Assembly: GCA_965153285.1 (NCBI GenBank)
Contig: OZ229115.1
Length of the DNA stretch: 64,000 bases
Source of the DNA: Podarcis tiliguerta
Taxonomy: Eukaryota
Direction: 5' to 3' (one strand)
Under the pieces are notes generated by a model. It was not told the DNA's origin. It was given only the letters and a program-made list of their open reading frames with translations, and did not search any database. The position numbers and the translations under genes are program-made. Shown here piece after piece: positions 62,451 to 64,000 of this stretch (the stretch's first letter is position 1; the number at the start of each line of letters is the position of its first letter).

Positions 62451-63780
62451 GACATCTGATCGGCATCCTGGCTTTTGTTTACAAAATAATTTACAGCTTG
62501 GCTGAAATTTCTCAGAAAATAATTTTTGAGATAACATCTCAGAAGATTTCTCCCTCACACACTGAAGTCTCAGGGTCCTTCTTCACAGATGGAGAAATCC
62601 CATTCTTCCCCAAAGACCACTTATCCAATCTTGACAACAGTGGCAGTTGTGGGCCGGTTCAGCCACGGGCAGCCTGGTGGCGAGGTTGGGACAGAAACCT
62701 ACCGCATGACTGACTGGTGTCATCAATGACAACTAGCTGCAGTGAGTAATGAGACTCCCCTACCTGCAAAGAATATTTGGCAAAATGACCATGGCAATTT
62801 CACCACCCATAAATGAGGTGGAGAATTTCAGACACAAACATGGAGCCCGTTTTCATATTGCTTAATGTTTCCAATCATCCTCTTGTAGTTCATTGCCCTC
62901 TTCATCAACCAGTATAATCTAGCAAGATAGTTTCATTCGGAATTAACTGGTCCAACATTTATGAGAAGAGAATTTCTGAAGCTTTATTTCCTGTGAATTT
63001 TCTTTTTCACATTTCAACAGTTGGAAACTGTGGAAATGAGAGGAAGTCTGACTTGCTGGGAGCCTGAGGGCCGTGTTCCTGCCTCTCTCAACCTGGCCCA
63101 GGGCGGGGCCTGACAGGCTTCATAAGAACTGCTGCTGCCCAGTAACGACTGGGGTATTTTGGGGAAAGTTTTGTAGGGAGATTTTGCTGTTATTGATATT
63201 ACTTTTTTTGTATCTTCATTTTTATGTGGAAATTGTTCAGTTTGGTTATGTAGTTTTTGAGGTGATTTATTTATTTTTATGACTGCTTTGCTATGTTTGT
63301 AACTATGTAAATCTTTTCATATTGTAAGCCGCCTTGAGCATTGTTTTAACTGTGGAAGGGTGTCTTACAAATAAAATGATGATGATGATGATGAAACCCT
63401 CCCTCCCCTGGAATACTTACCACAATGCCCCATTAGGTTTGCTACCTGCAAACAATGTTTGAATTTTTTGGGGGGTGGGAATGGGAGACCATTTTTGTTC
63501 TGCGAATGCCACTGAATTCTTAGGGTTTAACATATATGCTTTTTTCCAACGGGCCACCTAGTTGTGTATGCTTAATAGATCTTTATGTGATGAGGAACTA
63601 TCCTTCAACAAAAATATAATCAAAATATTATTGTCGTAGAGGCAGAAGCCCACAGGACACTGTTTAAGGGCAAACTAAACTATACCCATAAATTGCATCA
63701 GAAACAACAAAGGATATTACTGAAGCAAAACTAATTTCTCTTCCCTTATAACATTCCCGCTAGTGCAGTGGAACGGTGAA

Positions 63781-63928
63781 NNNNNNNNNNNNNNNNNNNN
63801 NNNNNNNNNNNNNNNNNNNNNNNNNNNNNNNNNNNNNNNNNNNNNNNNNNNNNNNNNNNNNNNNNNNNNNNNNNNNNNNNNNNNNNNNNNNNNNNNNNNN
63901 NNNNNNNNNNNNNNNNNNNNNNNNNNNN
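63781..63928. other. N-run (148 nt)
   Basis: Direct reading. Confidence 0.99.
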
Positions 63929-64000
63929 AGCACTAAGTTAACATTTACCGGAACATACATCCACACATCACGGGGAGATCAAGCTCAAATCCTTTATTTC

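Noticed and set aside
62144-62452. Acidic 102-aa ORF (DWWWDDYEWSE...) as an exon
   Set aside because: Resembles a purine-rich LTR-type repeat; no splice partners

Overview
Eukaryotic (vertebrate) DNA, almost certainly from a lacertid lizard, judged from Sauria SINE, Squam3-type SINE with a (CTT)n tail and BovB content. One protein-coding gene is present: ZNF326 (ZIRD; AKAP95/AKAP8-family zinc-finger subunit of the DBIRD complex) on the + strand. It runs from a CpG-island promoter (ATG 9289) to a stop at 32650, with a poly(A) signal at about 33142. I could trace 12 coding exons with consistent splice phases. One exon is mostly hidden by an N-run, one intron is GC-AG, and two exons (35 and 85 nt) have no counterpart in the human protein as I recall it and keep frame only when included together. 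A 705-bp solo LTR with a perfect TSD sits about 700 bp upstream of the ATG. The remainder is intergenic: SINEs, LINE 3' fragments, hAT and Tc1/mariner MITEs, microsatellites, CTCF-like motifs and probable conserved non-coding elements. The three N-runs appear to cover conserved sequence rather than repeats. I see no prokaryote-type system (CRISPR, operon). The most novel items are the splicing logic of ZNF326 and the TE/regulatory architecture. Comparisons to human ZNF326 are from memory, not from an alignment.
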